A stretch of DNA of 64,000 bases from Eledone cirrhosa. Taxonomy: Eukaryota. Of this stretch, positions 47,800 through 62,709 are shown in pieces. A model generated the notes under the pieces. It had not been told where the DNA came from, made no database searches, and saw only the letters and a list, made by a program, of their open reading frames with translations. Within the stretch, counting starts at the first letter, position 1; each line of letters starts with the position of its first letter. The stretch covers positions 352,098,001 to 352,162,000 of the forward strand of contig OZ024742.1 of the NCBI GenBank assembly GCA_964016885.1. The letters are read 5' to 3'. The position numbers were made by a program, and so were the translations under genes.

Positions 47800-48004
47800 T
47801 ATTCATCGATGTCCCAATACATACACACTTTGACACACACTGCAAATATTTAGTATGCACATTTAAATAATAGATATATATATAGTGGTAGAATAATATA
47901 AGGTAATATCCGTAGTGGTAGAGCACTCAGTCCATGGGACGAGTTAGGTAGAAGTGTTTACGCAATATATATATATATAAATGTATATATATATATGTAT
48001 ATAT

Positions 48005-49200
48005 AAATAAAAGTTTACATATATACATATACATACACATACAAATACGTGTTTTGCAACCGGTCACTTTGTGGCTCAATGAAAAATTAATAAATTAAAC
48101 AATCAGAGCTATATATCATAAAACATGTCTATAGAATCACAAGATAAAATATATACTATTTCCTCTCCCAATTAGCATAATTAACTATATAAAAAATCCA
48201 ATAGACCAGGCTATACGAATGAAGCTTCTATGAAGGAATCTCCGACAAATAACCAAAACTAGCGCTTCGCGTCGGCCGTAGCAGAATGTTTATCGAATAT
48301 TTCGACAGTGTAATCGCCTAGATACAGTCAACTAAGCAGAATTAGGTTTAAAATAAACAAGGAGAAAATAGAATACATTTAAATATCTCTACCATGGTTT
48401 CGTCCGTGTTTTGAGTTTTCCAATAATTATGTAATAATTATATAAACTCGAGCGCCGGATTCTTCAGGAAGCTCGCTCATATCTAGAAATTAAATTTTCC
48501 AAAACGATCGCGCCAAGAATTCATTTCAATGCTAATTGGGAGAGGAAATAGTATATATTTTATCTTGTGATTCTATAGACATGTTTTATGATATATAGCT
48601 CTGAGTGTTTAATTTATTAATTTTTCATTGAGCCACAAAGTGACCGGTTGCAAAGCACGTATATGTATGTGTATGTATATATATATGTAAACTTTTATTT
48701 CTAATAATCTCCCACTAGGTTGAGATAAAAATGTGGCTGTATTGTGCTGTGCTTTCTAGCAAAAATGCCACCAGTCGTAAGCAACTACCACACCCCTTCC
48801 AACTTGACCGCGACTACTTCACGATTTTTAGCCATTTTGAAATTAATTATTGGCGCGATCGTTTTGGAAAATTTAATGTCTAGATATGAGCGAGCTTCCT
48901 GAAGAATCCGGCGCTCGAGTTTATATAATTATTACATAATTATTGGAAAACTCAAAATACGGACGAAACCATGGTAGAGGTTTTTAAATGTATTCTATTT
49001 TCTCCTAGTTTATTTTAAACCTAATTCGGCTTAGTTGACTGTATCTAGGCAATAACGCTGTCGAAATATTCGATAAATATTCTGCTACGGCCGACGCGAA
49101 GCGCTAGTTTTGGTTATTTGTCGGAGATTCCTTCATAGAAGCTTCATTCGTATAGCCTGGTCTATTGGATTTTTTATATAGTTAATTATGCTATAGTTAA
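48005..49200. mobile_element. Permuted inverted repeat element with hammerheads at 48386-48471 (-) and 48895-48980 (+)
   Basis: 48005-48180 is inverted at 48530-48700; 48180-48515 is inverted at 48850-49192. Confidence 0.8.
48895..48980 (+). ncRNA. Type I hammerhead with 59-nt stem II region
   Basis: cttc-CTGAAGA-atccg...cggac-GAAAC-CATG-GTA-gagg; palindromic ACCATGGT. Confidence 0.8.
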
Positions 49201-49219
49201 TTAGGTGGAAGTCGTTACG

Positions 49220-49830
<611 letters not shown>

Positions 49831-49843
49831 ATACATATATATA

Positions 49844-50965
<1,122 letters not shown>

Positions 50966-51059
50966 TATATATACATATCAGATATTGGATTAGACAGTCA
51001 AAATAGTCCCTTACAATTAAAAACCTCCAAGAAAGAAGTTTTTCCGAACCGTGTAATAT

Positions 51060-52870
51060 AATTGAATATACAAGAGAGATAAATGCAAATATAAACATAT
51101 GTGTTCGAACTGTAAAGGGCCAGGTTCAAACAAAATACTAACTATAAGAGAATATATTTATATGCCGTTGTGCTGCCAAGTGATGCGGAAAGTCACTGAC
51201 CCGCATCTCCGGTCAATAAGGTGACAGCAGCAGGATAACATCGACACCGCATCTTCGGTAAAAGAAGGCACTCGAGCCTCAGCATATTGCCTGGCAACTC
51301 AGGTCAACCAGGCCACGTCGGAGGTTGGGAATGTCAGCCTCGATGCTGCGAGCTTTGCAGCCTACCTCTTGGACGTGCGGTCCATTCTCCGCCAGGTTCA
51401 GGTAACCCCCAAAGAAGATTTCCGTACGCTCGGGTCACCGATCCACCCGGCGTCCATCCGCTCCACCATCAGGTCCAGGCTTCAACAACTCCAGATTCTC
51501 ACGACCCGACTGTACTTTATTTCTGCTTCATCACTGCTTAATCATGCCGAAGCTCCTCCATACACTCCGCAGCGTTCCATGCTACACCCAGACATCTCTC
51601 CTCGCTGATCTAGATAAGTGTATCCGTGCAGCAGCCGAAGATATATGCAACGTCAAGTTTGACGACATAGGGTGGAAACAGGCCACTTTACCTGGCCTCT
51701 GGTCCCCGATCTCACTAGCTATGCCGGCTTATCTGTCGTCGGTAACCTTGTGCCGCGTCCTCGTTAGCAGGGTTCTTCAAGACACAACAGAACCCTCTGT
51801 GTTCAGAGATCGTGAGGCTGCCTGTGGGACTTAGCCCAGTAGACGTACCTGCTCCTTCTCCCCCTCTTGATGTTACGTCTTCCTAACGTACTTGGGATGC
51901 ATTCAGTGCAGCCAAGCCCCAGACAGGCTCCCGCGCCAGCTCGACCAGCACAGCCTTGCTTGTTTTCGTGCTGCCTCCAAACCCCACAGTGGTGCCTGGC
52001 TCCATGCCCTGCCCTCCTTCTCCACTGGAATGCAACTAGACAACCCTAGCCTGCGCTTCGGCGTTTGCCTGAGTTCTCAGCCTCCGGATCTGCCAGCCAC
52101 ACCAATGCCGCTGCGGTTTCACCGTGGACTCTTTCGGCCTCCACCCGCTCTCCTGTCGCCACAGCGCCGTCCGCGTTCTTCTACGCCATACTCCCTTCAA
52201 CGAGGTCATTAAGCTTTGCTTGGACGCTGCAGGCTTCCCTGTCCAGCTGGAGTAGGTGGGGCTGGATCGAGGGGACAGCAAAAGGCCAGATGGCATGACC
52301 ATCTTCCCGTTCCGCGGTGGCAAACCCCTCGTCTGCGATGCCACTTGCACCGACATTTTCTGCAGCCGCAACCTGGTGCAATCTGCGACTGACCCAGGGC
52401 TGAGGGTGCCAAACTCCTCAAATACCGGTTCTCCTCCGACAGGTTTGCGGTCGTACCCCTGGCAGTGGAGACTTCTGGTATCCTCGGCCCAGGGCTACAT
52501 CCTTACTCATCACCAGAGCTGAGCTGGCCAGCCGCAGTTGTGAGACCCGCGAGTTGGAGTAGCTCTTCCAACGCGTCTCCCTCGCCGTTCTCCGGGGAAA
52601 CGCCTTCTCCAATATATCCGCCGGGGTTCCGAGTGGGCCCTATCGCGAACTATTGTAGTTGTTGTAGAAGAAACGGGTCCCACTTATATATTGTATATGT
52701 TTTTATGTAAACACCATGTGGGCAATCTCTGGGCCTATCAAGTAAACACTATTAAGTACGACAATAATGTTTGCCAGACTTAATTTTTTTCACCTTAGTG
52801 AACCTAGTCCTTTATAATTCGAACACATGTATGTTTATATTTGTGTTTATCTCTCTTGTATATACAATTA
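51060..52870 (+). mobile_element. 5'-truncated CRE-like non-LTR retrotransposon (RT end, zinc knuckle, restriction-like endonuclease) bracketed by a 70-bp inverted repeat
   Basis: LGSPI, PKLLHTLRSVP, HSGAWLHALP, CRCGFTVDSFGLHPLSC, KRPDGMTIFPFRGGKPLVCDATCTD; frameshifted. Confidence 0.8.
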
Positions 52871-53218
52871 TATATATATATATGTCAATATGTATTTATA
52901 AAACTAACCTATATTATATTTTATCTCATGAAAGTGCACCATAGTTTGCCTTGGTGGCCCTTGAAATATGTATAATGAAATAAATATGGTTTTATAAATA
53001 TAGTTTCCATTTGTTAATATATTGTATATATATATATATATAGGAAAATGTTTGACCCCGACGGCAGAGCTCGAGCCGTTTCGACGGCTATTCCTGGACT
53101 AATCCAGAAATAGCCGTCGAAACGGCTTGAGTTCTGCCGTCGGGGTCAAACATTAGCCTAAGTATTGAGTAATTCTGGTGCATTATGGTCCATCTGGTTC
53201 CTTACCACACCTCCTTCG

Positions 53219-53276
<58 letters not shown>

Positions 53277-53476
53277 TCTATTTAAATTGTTGTGAGACAA
53301 GCAAATATTTTTATAACTGATATAAAGCACTCAACAAATAATTGGAGTAAAAATACGATATTAACAAATGGAAACTATATTTATAAAACCATATTTATTT
53401 CATTATACATATTTCAAGGACACCAAGTTAAATTATGGTGTGCTTTCATCAGATTGAATATAATATAGACCAGTTG

Positions 53477-53526
<50 letters not shown>

Positions 53527-53541
53527 CATATATAAATATAC

Positions 53542-53620
<79 letters not shown>

Positions 53621-54155
53621 CATGTGTGCATATATGTATGTATATATGTGTATCCAAAATCACCGGGAGAGATGACCCCTTAGCCATTGTCAAGGCAGAA
53701 TTCTAGGAGAAGGAACACTCTCATATAAAACCTGCAACACTGATGGTATTTAATGATGTTGATTTGTTCTTCTTTTTGGTAAATATCATCTTGGTTAAGC
53801 GAGTGGGACTGGTTTTGTGCAGTGCCTTTGCTCACTATAAAAGCTTCACGGCACAGGGATTGCTTTATATATGGAGATCTCTCTGCACTTGAGGTCACAT
53901 GATACCATGGGCCTAGTACTATGTGTCAGTAATTGTCAGAGTTTTCAAGTCGATGGCTGGACTAAAACGTCACACTCGTTCAGCGCATCGGTAGGGGTTC
54001 TCCTACATGGATATAAAATAGTGGCCGTACTCGAAAACGAGTTGGCAGCCATACCATATATGTGTATGTATGTGTGTGTATATATATATATGTGTGTGTG
54101 TGTGTCAGTGTGTATGTACATATATCTGTGTGTATCTATATGTGTGTGCGTGTGA

Positions 54156-54188
<33 letters not shown>

Positions 54189-54715
54189 CATAGGTGTGTT
54201 TATATATTTGTGTGTATATATATATATGTGTGTGTGTGAACGTATGTGTGCGTGTGTATTTACATATGTGTGTGTAGGTATGTGAATGAATGTGGAATGC
54301 GTGTATATATGTATGTATATGTTTGTAAGTAGGGATCCGTGCGTAAGTACATGAGTGTAAGAGATATGTATGTCGCTACCTGTCTTTGTCTTCCATGTCC
54401 GAACTTCATGCCCTCCCCTCCCCCCCCCATCCTTACCTGCCAAGAATAGCGGACCCTAAGGGTGATTTACAGCCTAGCAAATGCTTCAACCAATTGTAGC
54501 AGTATTGGGGCAAGCAGACGGTCTTCCATATATGAATGCAGACGACGCTTGCCCCGATGAGAGATAGACGTCACTTCGGGGATAGACCGATGATGATGAT
54601 GAGATAATGAACCAATGAGTGGACACAAAATATCACGTTGTAAGAATGTGCTGAATATATCAACTGAATGGAGGATTTTGCACATAGAATGGGAGACGAG
54701 ATAACACACGGAGAC

Positions 54716-54784
54716 ATATCTGACGACCTTTCTATTACACAGACAGGTACCTCGAGCTGACTGATGGTTAAACGTACGTAATAT
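54716..54784 (+). ncRNA. Hammerhead with about 42-nt stem II region, G12 mutated
   Basis: atat-CTGACGA-cc...ggt-TAAAC-GTAC-GTA-atat; palindromic ACGTACGT. Confidence 0.55.
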
Positions 54785-54821
54785 ATTATTAAATCCTGCT
54801 CCTATCTTGCACCCATACACC

Positions 54822-54864
<43 letters not shown>

Positions 54865-54866
<2 letters not shown>

Positions 54867-56040
54867 TAGCAGATGTACCCGGAGTTGCCCGTGTGTAAGT
54901 CGACCTTTGCTCTGTTGTTAAAATGTGTGAAAGTTACCCGCGCATCACAGGTGCAAAAAGCTTCGAACCTCAAGAAAAAAAACAGAGGTTAGTAGACGCA
55001 GGTGTGTAATTGACCATAAATAATGGATCAATTGTAGGTTCAAAGTGTATCGTTGAAATTGTTCTTTTCACAACTGACGGAAGTCAAATAAATGGAAATT
55101 GAATTTACTGTTGATTTTTAAAGCAGGGGGGAAAGTCAAATTTTCATTTTTTTTTGTTTTTTTTACAATTTTCGGCATGTTGAGCCGTGGCAGTCCTTAG
55201 GGACCACAGAGGGCAGGCAGTGGAAAGGGCCGGGGAATGAATTGTGGCTGACAAGGCAGAGATGCGCATGGTGATGCACAACGATGCAGTGGGTCGACGG
55301 CGTGCAGGGAAGGGAGAGGGCAGGGGTTGACGGATGCCTCATCATGCTACGTTAGTGGGACCACGGGAATGAAGAGAGCGCATGGAGGCTCGATGATCGC
55401 TTGAGAAGACTAGGTGCAATACAGGATGATGAGCGACCGTATAGTCTTGATATTCCTTATATAAGAAATGGAAGAATCAGCATAAAAGTTTTGCTGAATA
55501 TGGTGAGCGTTTATTTAAAGAGACTTACGGTGAATAATCCTGATAGATTGAACGTTTTTTGCATGTCTGGAGTCGCAACATATGGAAGCAAGAAGAATTG
55601 CGTTTTTCGGTTGCAAGAATTTTGCCTCTGGGGGTCCAATTATCGATTTTTGAAAATTGCAGGTACTCAACATTGATCCCTGCATCTAAATACATAGCTA
55701 CGTCAAATTTCATTGGAATCGGACAAATTTTGTAATTATCGATGTTTGCCTCTGGTGAGCCAATTATAGATGTTTCGAAATGTAATGGAGCCCACGTTCA
55801 TGCCCGGATCAAAATCGACACTTGCGTCGAGTTTCATCGAAATCGGACGATTTTTGAAAATAACGATTTTTGGCTTCTGGGGGCCCGACTATCGATTTAT
55901 CGAAGATTTCAAGCGGTCTATTCCAATCTACGCGTCGAGTTTTTTGTATGTGTCAAGTTTCATGAAAACCGGATGAACGGTGTAGCCTGCAAGTTCGGGA
56001 CACCAAACAAACAAACAACGCCCAACTTCACTTTATATAT
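54865..56040 (+). mobile_element. Non-autonomous Helentron/DINE-like element
   Basis: Starts tactagca...acccggagttgcccg; three about 125-bp internal repeats (55620-55990) with tttcat..aa..gga; ends caaacaaacaaac...ctttatatat. Confidence 0.6.
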
Positions 56041-56856
56041 AACTAGCAGCTGAGCCCGGTTGCACCCGAGGCCACTTTTTATTAAGTTAATAACTTGAAA
56101 AATATTATTGAAAGTTTATTATAAATAAGCAGTTTCATGAAAAAAAATAGAAATATGCACTTGGGGCTGGACGGCGTACAATGAGAAGTGGAGCGACGTG
56201 AACAGCGTTGTTTATTAACAGCGAAATAGCAATGTCGATGATATGTAATTTGAAAAACACTACTTACTGTTAGTGATGGTTAACATGTATTAGAATTAAA
56301 ATAAAAAACACGCGTCCCTTCTTCGCAATGTAAGGGTTTTATTTCTTTTGATGGAAAACAGTCACCGTACTCCAGAGTCGATTTCATAAAACGGTACTGT
56401 ATGATCGTTAAATGTAGAAGGATGATAGTTTATTTACAGCGAAATAGCAATGTCGATGATATGCAAGTTTAAAAATGCATATTATGAAGGTTTGTATGAT
56501 AGTTTACACTTTTTCCTGAAACTGCTTCTTCATAATAAACATTCAATAATATTTTCCAAATTATTGCTACTGTATGTTCGCAGCGAAAGAACGTTGATGA
56601 GTTTAAAAATGTGTATGAAATTGTAAATAACTCAGCCAAGAATTAGAACAGGGAGAAATAACTCACCGAACGCGATAGTAAATAGACCGTTTGGGGCCCC
56701 TAGGGACCACACTTTTCAAGTAAGAGATTTAAAACCCTCTCTATTTGCTTCCTTGGCAGTTTTTACATAGGTGTGTAAATTATTATGTCCGTCCGACCCC
56801 GTCTACTACCATTTAACCGTGCACATCTTAATTTCAACCACCACCCATTTCACAAA

Positions 56857-56868
<12 letters not shown>
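56041..56868 (+). mobile_element. Second Helentron-like element abutting the first
   Basis: Starts aactagcagctgagcccggttgcacccg; ends ttttatatat. Confidence 0.5.
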
Positions 56869-56903
<35 letters not shown>

Positions 56904-57653
56904 AAAGTGAGAGATTTTTTTAAATGAAAACAAAACGCGATGTCCTACACGAGTGAAAGTATGAGCAAAAAAGATGAAATCGAAAATGCAACTGGAGGCC
57001 TTTTAAGACTATTTATTTGTTTCCATTACCGTTCACAGTTCTTATGCTTTTCAAAAGTAGAATTGAGATGGAGGGTTTGTGGTCTTTCTAGCATCTGGTT
57101 GGAGTTCGAAAGTTACTTCTGTTTTAAGGGGAAAAAAGTGGCTCGAAATGCAAGTTTTCGTTGGTTAATGACTGTCACGGGAATACGTATAATAAATTTC
57201 GCACCAGTTCGCGTTAAAAAGTTCTTATTGTATTTGCCTTTAAAAGAAGGTGGAGGAGCTCAAATTGGTTTTTCAAATTTCATATATATATATATGAAAT
57301 ACATATATATATGTAAAATATATTACTTGACCATAACACTCGTCGAGCATTCTGTATAGTACCCATGAAATGTACTTCTGGAGAATGGGGAAAAAAAACT
57401 CTTAGAAAGGACTACAGCAAAATAATTGCAGGATTATGTGCCGAGCAGAAGTGACGTTTGTAAATAGCCAGAACAATGATAAACGCTTTCATCAATTTCG
57501 TTTAAATGTACGGTGGAAGATTTTTACGAAGGTGATTATAAAACCTATACAATAAGTGTGGAACTCCAAACACGTGTCATTCTTCTCAAGCCAATAAACA
57601 TCTTCCACAATCCAATACATCAATATAAACACTCTGGAATACACGCATTTCTC

Positions 57654-57684
<31 letters not shown>

Positions 57685-57922
57685 GCAGAGGTTATATTTA
57701 ATTTGTTGGGATTCAACAAGCTTAAACATTTTTTATAACTGGTATAAAGCACTGAACTGATTAGCTCCAACAGTTAAGGTTTTTTTTCCGGGTATGTCAA
57801 TATTTATTTATAAAGCAAATCTGTATTTTATCTGATGAAAGCGCACGATGATTTGCCTTGGTTGCCCTTGAAATATATATAATATAATAAATATGCTTTT
57901 ATAAATATAGTTTCCATTTATT

Positions 57923-58107
57923 AATTGTTTCTACTTTAGGCACAAGGCCAGCAATTAACCAGTGCATTACTGGTACTTTATTTTATCGACCCTGTAAGTA
58001 TGAAAGGCAAAGTCAACCTCGGCGGGATTTGAACTCAGATCGTAAAGGGACGTAACTATGCTGGAATGCATGGCGTCTGACCCTCTACCGATACTGCCAA
58101 TCCACCG
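57923..58107 (-). mobile_element. tRNA-derived SINE, full length (central block resembles the Meta-domain type)
   Basis: Minus strand: tggcagtatcggt (A box), gagttcaaatc (B box), gactttgcctttcat...gtcgataaaataaagtaccag. Confidence 0.85.
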
Positions 58108-58155
58108 TTATTATTATATTGTATATATATATTTACAAATATATACATATATATG

Positions 58156-58257
<102 letters not shown>

Positions 58258-58936
58258 CGTGTGTGTGTGTGTGTGTGTGTGTGTTTGTGTGTCTGTGTGT
58301 GTGTGAGCCCCTGTCTCTTGACTCTCTTGCTATCTCTCTCTATATAAAAAAAAATATTAATACACGCACACATACATTTACACACATATGATTGCTAGCA
58401 TTTAAGTGTTTAACTGTACATGTCCAGTCCTGCTGTTTAAGACTATAGCTGGAGGCATGAGAATAAATGATTAATAGTCTGCTGCCTGCTATCCTACTTC
58501 TTGCTGTGTTATCCAGCATGTAATATCTCAGTTTAAGATATTCTACTTGTGATAATGATTTTTTGGGAGATATATATATATAGATAGAGAGGGGGGGGGG
58601 GAGAAAGTTAGATAGATAATGATAGATAACGAGAGAGGGGGAGAGACAGAGATACCAAGATTTGTTAATCTTGATACAAAACTACCTGAGACATCTACTG
58701 ATAGATGTTCTACCTTTTAAAATATATCTGCAACAATTATTTTATTTCATAAATCATTTTATTTTCACTCAATCTAAATGCGAAAGTAATAAAACATTTT
58801 GTTTAAATAAATGTAATGATATTCTGTCGTCTAAAATTTTGTTCATTTTTTAAATTATTAGTACTGTCGCCAGAACGTAACATTTCATTATATATTACGT
58901 GTCATTTAAGTAAGAAATATTTTGTATTTGTTTTTA

Positions 58937-59130
58937 GTTTCTACTTTTGGCACAAGGCTAGCAATTACGCTGTACATTACTGGTACTTTATTTTATTGAC
59001 CCCGTAAGGATGAAAGGCAAAGTTGACCTCGGCGGGTCAACTTTTCCTTTCATCCTTACGGGGTCGATAAAATAAAGTACCAGTAATGTACTGGATAATT
59101 GCTGGCCTTGTGCCAAAAGTAGAAACAATT
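58937..59130. mobile_element. Head-to-head inverted pair of SINE 3' halves
   Basis: About 92-bp arms around tcggcg at about 59030. Confidence 0.85.
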
Positions 59131-59301
59131 ATAAAATATTTCTTGATTATCTATGTGTCTTTTTACATTCAGGATTCCCGTGTCCGTTTTTCATTGAAGA
59201 TATTTATAAAAGGTAATAAATATTCTAAAATTGCAGGGGTTAGAAGTAGAGGTAACGAAGCCAAACTTGTAGGAACGTTTGTAAGATAATATGCGAAATA
59301 A

Positions 59302-61019
59302 TACCGTGTTACAAAAAGAACATGTTCTCTGTTCCTAGCTTGTAATCACTTTTTTGTGTTGCTTAGGTCCCAAATAAATAAAAAAGTGCTATTAAACAGT
59401 TAAAAGTTTGGGTTTGTAAAAATTCTAAGCTATTCACTAGAATTATTTGTATGCTGGACTTTACGTTGTATGTAAGTATAATTTGTTTATATTAAATTAT
59501 GTTTTTATATATATTTCAGGTTAAATTAAAATTATAAAATAAAGAGTAATACCTAAAGAAAATTATAAAAGTGCAATAAAGTATAAACTTGTTAAAAAGT
59601 GGATTAAAGAGATTTATTGATACTGGATTTTTGCACCCTGAATAAAGGGTAAGTTGTGTTTTAAGCATTCGTCTCCAGGATGAAGCAGTGGAACTTGGTC
59701 AAGGAGGAAGTGCAGGTGACAAGTCAGAGATGTTGACACGAACCTTTCTCAGGCTTTTACACTTTTAGGGATGGTCCTCTACTTCTGCTATGACGTGCCT
59801 GGCCTGTTTGACGTTATTGGGGTGCCGTTTTTAGCCCAATGAGTGGCGGTTATTTATAGACAGCTCCACCATAAGTATGAAGGCTGTCCTCCTCCACATT
59901 GGAAACAAGTTCCCGACACTGTCCCTATCTCATTCAGTCTGCCTGGAGGAAGATTACTACAGTGTAAAGTCCTCTTGGAAGCTCTGCAATACAACCAGTA
60001 CAATTGGTAAATCATTGGAGACTTCAAGATGGTGGCTTTCCTGCTTGGACTCCAAGGAGGCTTTATCAAATTCCAATGCTCCCTCTACAAAAGAAAGAAC
60101 TGGGAGCAGCAAACAGAATATGTAGTTGGGACCCGGAACGTCATGTGGGAGCCACTGGTTGATCCCAGGTTTGTACTCATGGCGCTACTGCACATTAAGT
60201 TGGAGTTTATGAATCAGTTTGTGAAGGCTCTCAACCTAGAATCAGCCACTTTTAAGTACCTTCTTGAGTTCTTCCCCAAGTTATCTGAGGCCAAAATAAA
60301 ATCATAGGTGGAATTGTTGTTGACCTCAGATAAAGAGGGTGTTTGAGTCTACCGAGTTCTCCAATAAGCTCAATAGGATTGAGAGAACAGCATGGAACTG
60401 TTTCAAGCAGTTGTTAAGGGCTTTCTGGGCAACTACTGAGCTGAAAACTACCGGCAACTGGTGCAGGACCTGATGAAGGCTTTTGGCGCCATGGGATGCA
60501 AGATACCGCTTAAACTCCATATGCTGGATGCTCACCTGCAAAAATTCAAGGACAATATGGGCGCCTACTCAGAAGAACAAGGCGAACGATTCCACCAAGA
60601 TGTGAACTAGATAGTACGGAGGTACCAAGGCCACTACAATGAAAAAATGATGGGGGACTATATCTGGGGGCTATTGCACATATGCGACCTGGACTACAAC
60701 CGCAAATCCAGGAAATCCAGTCATTTCTGACGTGTATAAGTTGCTTTATCTGTGTTATTTGTTTTTACTTGTTTGCTTTTGATAAGCTAGTGTAATAAAA
60801 TAAATATATACTGTTGATTTAATTATATGAACTGATACATTTTAAAAAAAATGTGTTTTTTCTTGAAAAATATGGAAATCTTTCGAAATATCAAACTTCT
60901 GACCACAAACCCAAATTTCTGATTAAATAATATTGTTTATTTTTTTAAAATAACAATGGGATATAACAAACCATGAAATGACACTTCGAACCGGGGATCA
61001 ACAAATATGATACACGGTG
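59302..61019 (+). mobile_element. Chapaev3-type (CMC) DNA transposon, internally deleted; transposase remnant about 59680-60730
   Basis: GDFKMVAFLLGLQGGF, LHIKL.FM.QFVKAL, FPKLSEAKIK, LKLHMLDAHL, SEEQGERFHQD, MMGDY; termini TACCGTGT/ACACGGTG; TAA on both flanks (TWA TSD). Confidence 0.88.
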
Positions 61020-61551
61020 TAATCAGATGCGTATGACAAGTGAGATCTCTCTCATGACATATGTATAGATTTGATCTATATGCATTGCTACTAAAACTGG
61101 AAGGGTTGCGCTCATATTGCTGAAACATCAGCGCAGTTCAGCCATGTCCATAGGCCGGGTCAAAATAAGAAATATATGTTTTCATGTCATAGATATTGAG
61201 GTAGTAAAAGTTCCACTGAAAGAATAGCTGACTTATGTCTGCACCTAGAACAACAAGTGCACATCGGCATTATACAAACACTTATAGGGATATGGACATT
61301 ATTAAGGTTAGCAATGATGTAGCCAACTCAACCAGAGGAAACTACCTCTTCAATATGTCTACATATCAGCTGTCATATTGTACCCAAGTACTAAACCTTA
61401 ACAATAGTAACACTTTCTGTCAACAAAACAAAATGAGGCACTTGATGTATCACGTTTGTGGAAACGAAAAATACCGTTGGTCAGGCGGTCCATTAACTGT
61501 CTCTCTCTGTATCTGTCTCTCTCTCTCTCTCACTCTCTCTCTCTCTCAGAA

Positions 61552-61586
<35 letters not shown>

Positions 61587-62044
61587 GCTATATTTGGGAG
61601 GATCATGCTGCCAATAAATCAATAAATGCACACGCACCCGTTGGTTTTCACTTCAATCCCTTATAAATTTCCGGTTGGTTCGATAATGGGAAGGTTGTTC
61701 ATATAATGTCAAATCTCTTTCGTCACACTTACCACCTCTAATAAAAAATATTATGTATTTTGCGAAATCCAGAGACTTTCAATAATGACTAGAAGTCGAC
61801 CGTAAATATTACTAATAGCTCAAGTGAATCCATACCTTTTTAACTTTGGTTTTCAAAGTAGGTTTATATTTATCAAATTTCATTATACTTTTGTAGATGT
61901 CTCTGTGGCCTATTTAGCGGAATCATAGACGGTAGTGATCCTCGTCTGACGTTCAATCCTCGTCCGGAGTAGGGTCCCCAGTAAAGCTTTTCAGTATTTT
62001 TTGTATGGGTGGGAAATAAAAACTGAAAACAGTTGCATGTATCT

Positions 62045-62117
62045 CTTGACCAGGAATGAAACCAAGGTCTGGATCTCCACCGTATCTAGTACCTACCGCT
62101 AGGCCAGAGAGACAACT
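62045..62117 (-). mobile_element. Second tRNA-like SINE head (also 41885-41948 -, 61898-61965 +)
   Basis: tggcctagcggt A box and ggtttcattcc B-box-like on the minus strand. Confidence 0.45.
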
Positions 62118-62223
62118 ACGTAAAGCATATGAACATTCATACTTATAAAACTACTTTCAAAATTTCACACGTTCGAAGCTAGCTGTCAAAGCGGCCGGAG
62201 CTCAGACGTCGGGGTTCAGGTTC

Positions 62224-62330
<107 letters not shown>

Positions 62331-62709
62331 ATATATATATACTTATACATGTATAGATGTATATATGTATATATGTTTATATGTATATATATAGAGACCA
62401 CTCTATAATATCTATCGATCAGATCTAGGTTCGTATTTAACCTCTTTGTATTTTCGATGTTGTAGTGGCAACATGTTTACGGTCGCAATGTTTACTATGT
62501 CAGGCCCCGAACGTATTGTTATTAGTGTGAGCTATAATTTATTGAGTTATCGATACCACCTCATCGAGTGGTTTGGGCCAACTTTAGAAAGTTGATTTCG
62601 AAAAATGCCTATCACAGGGGCAATTTCGATTTTACTCACTATCATATATATATATATATCACTATCATATATATATATCATTATCATAATATATATATAT
62701 ATATATTAT

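Noticed and set aside
59510-59700. Splice-acceptor-like sites suggesting a host exon
   Set aside because: They lie inside the Chapaev3 transposon; no host exon could be supported anywhere in the window
62466-62506. Possible decayed hammerheads here (minus) and at 9562-9602, 14360-14405 and 32495-32555
   Set aside because: Two or more core mismatches and weak stems; indistinguishable from chance by eye
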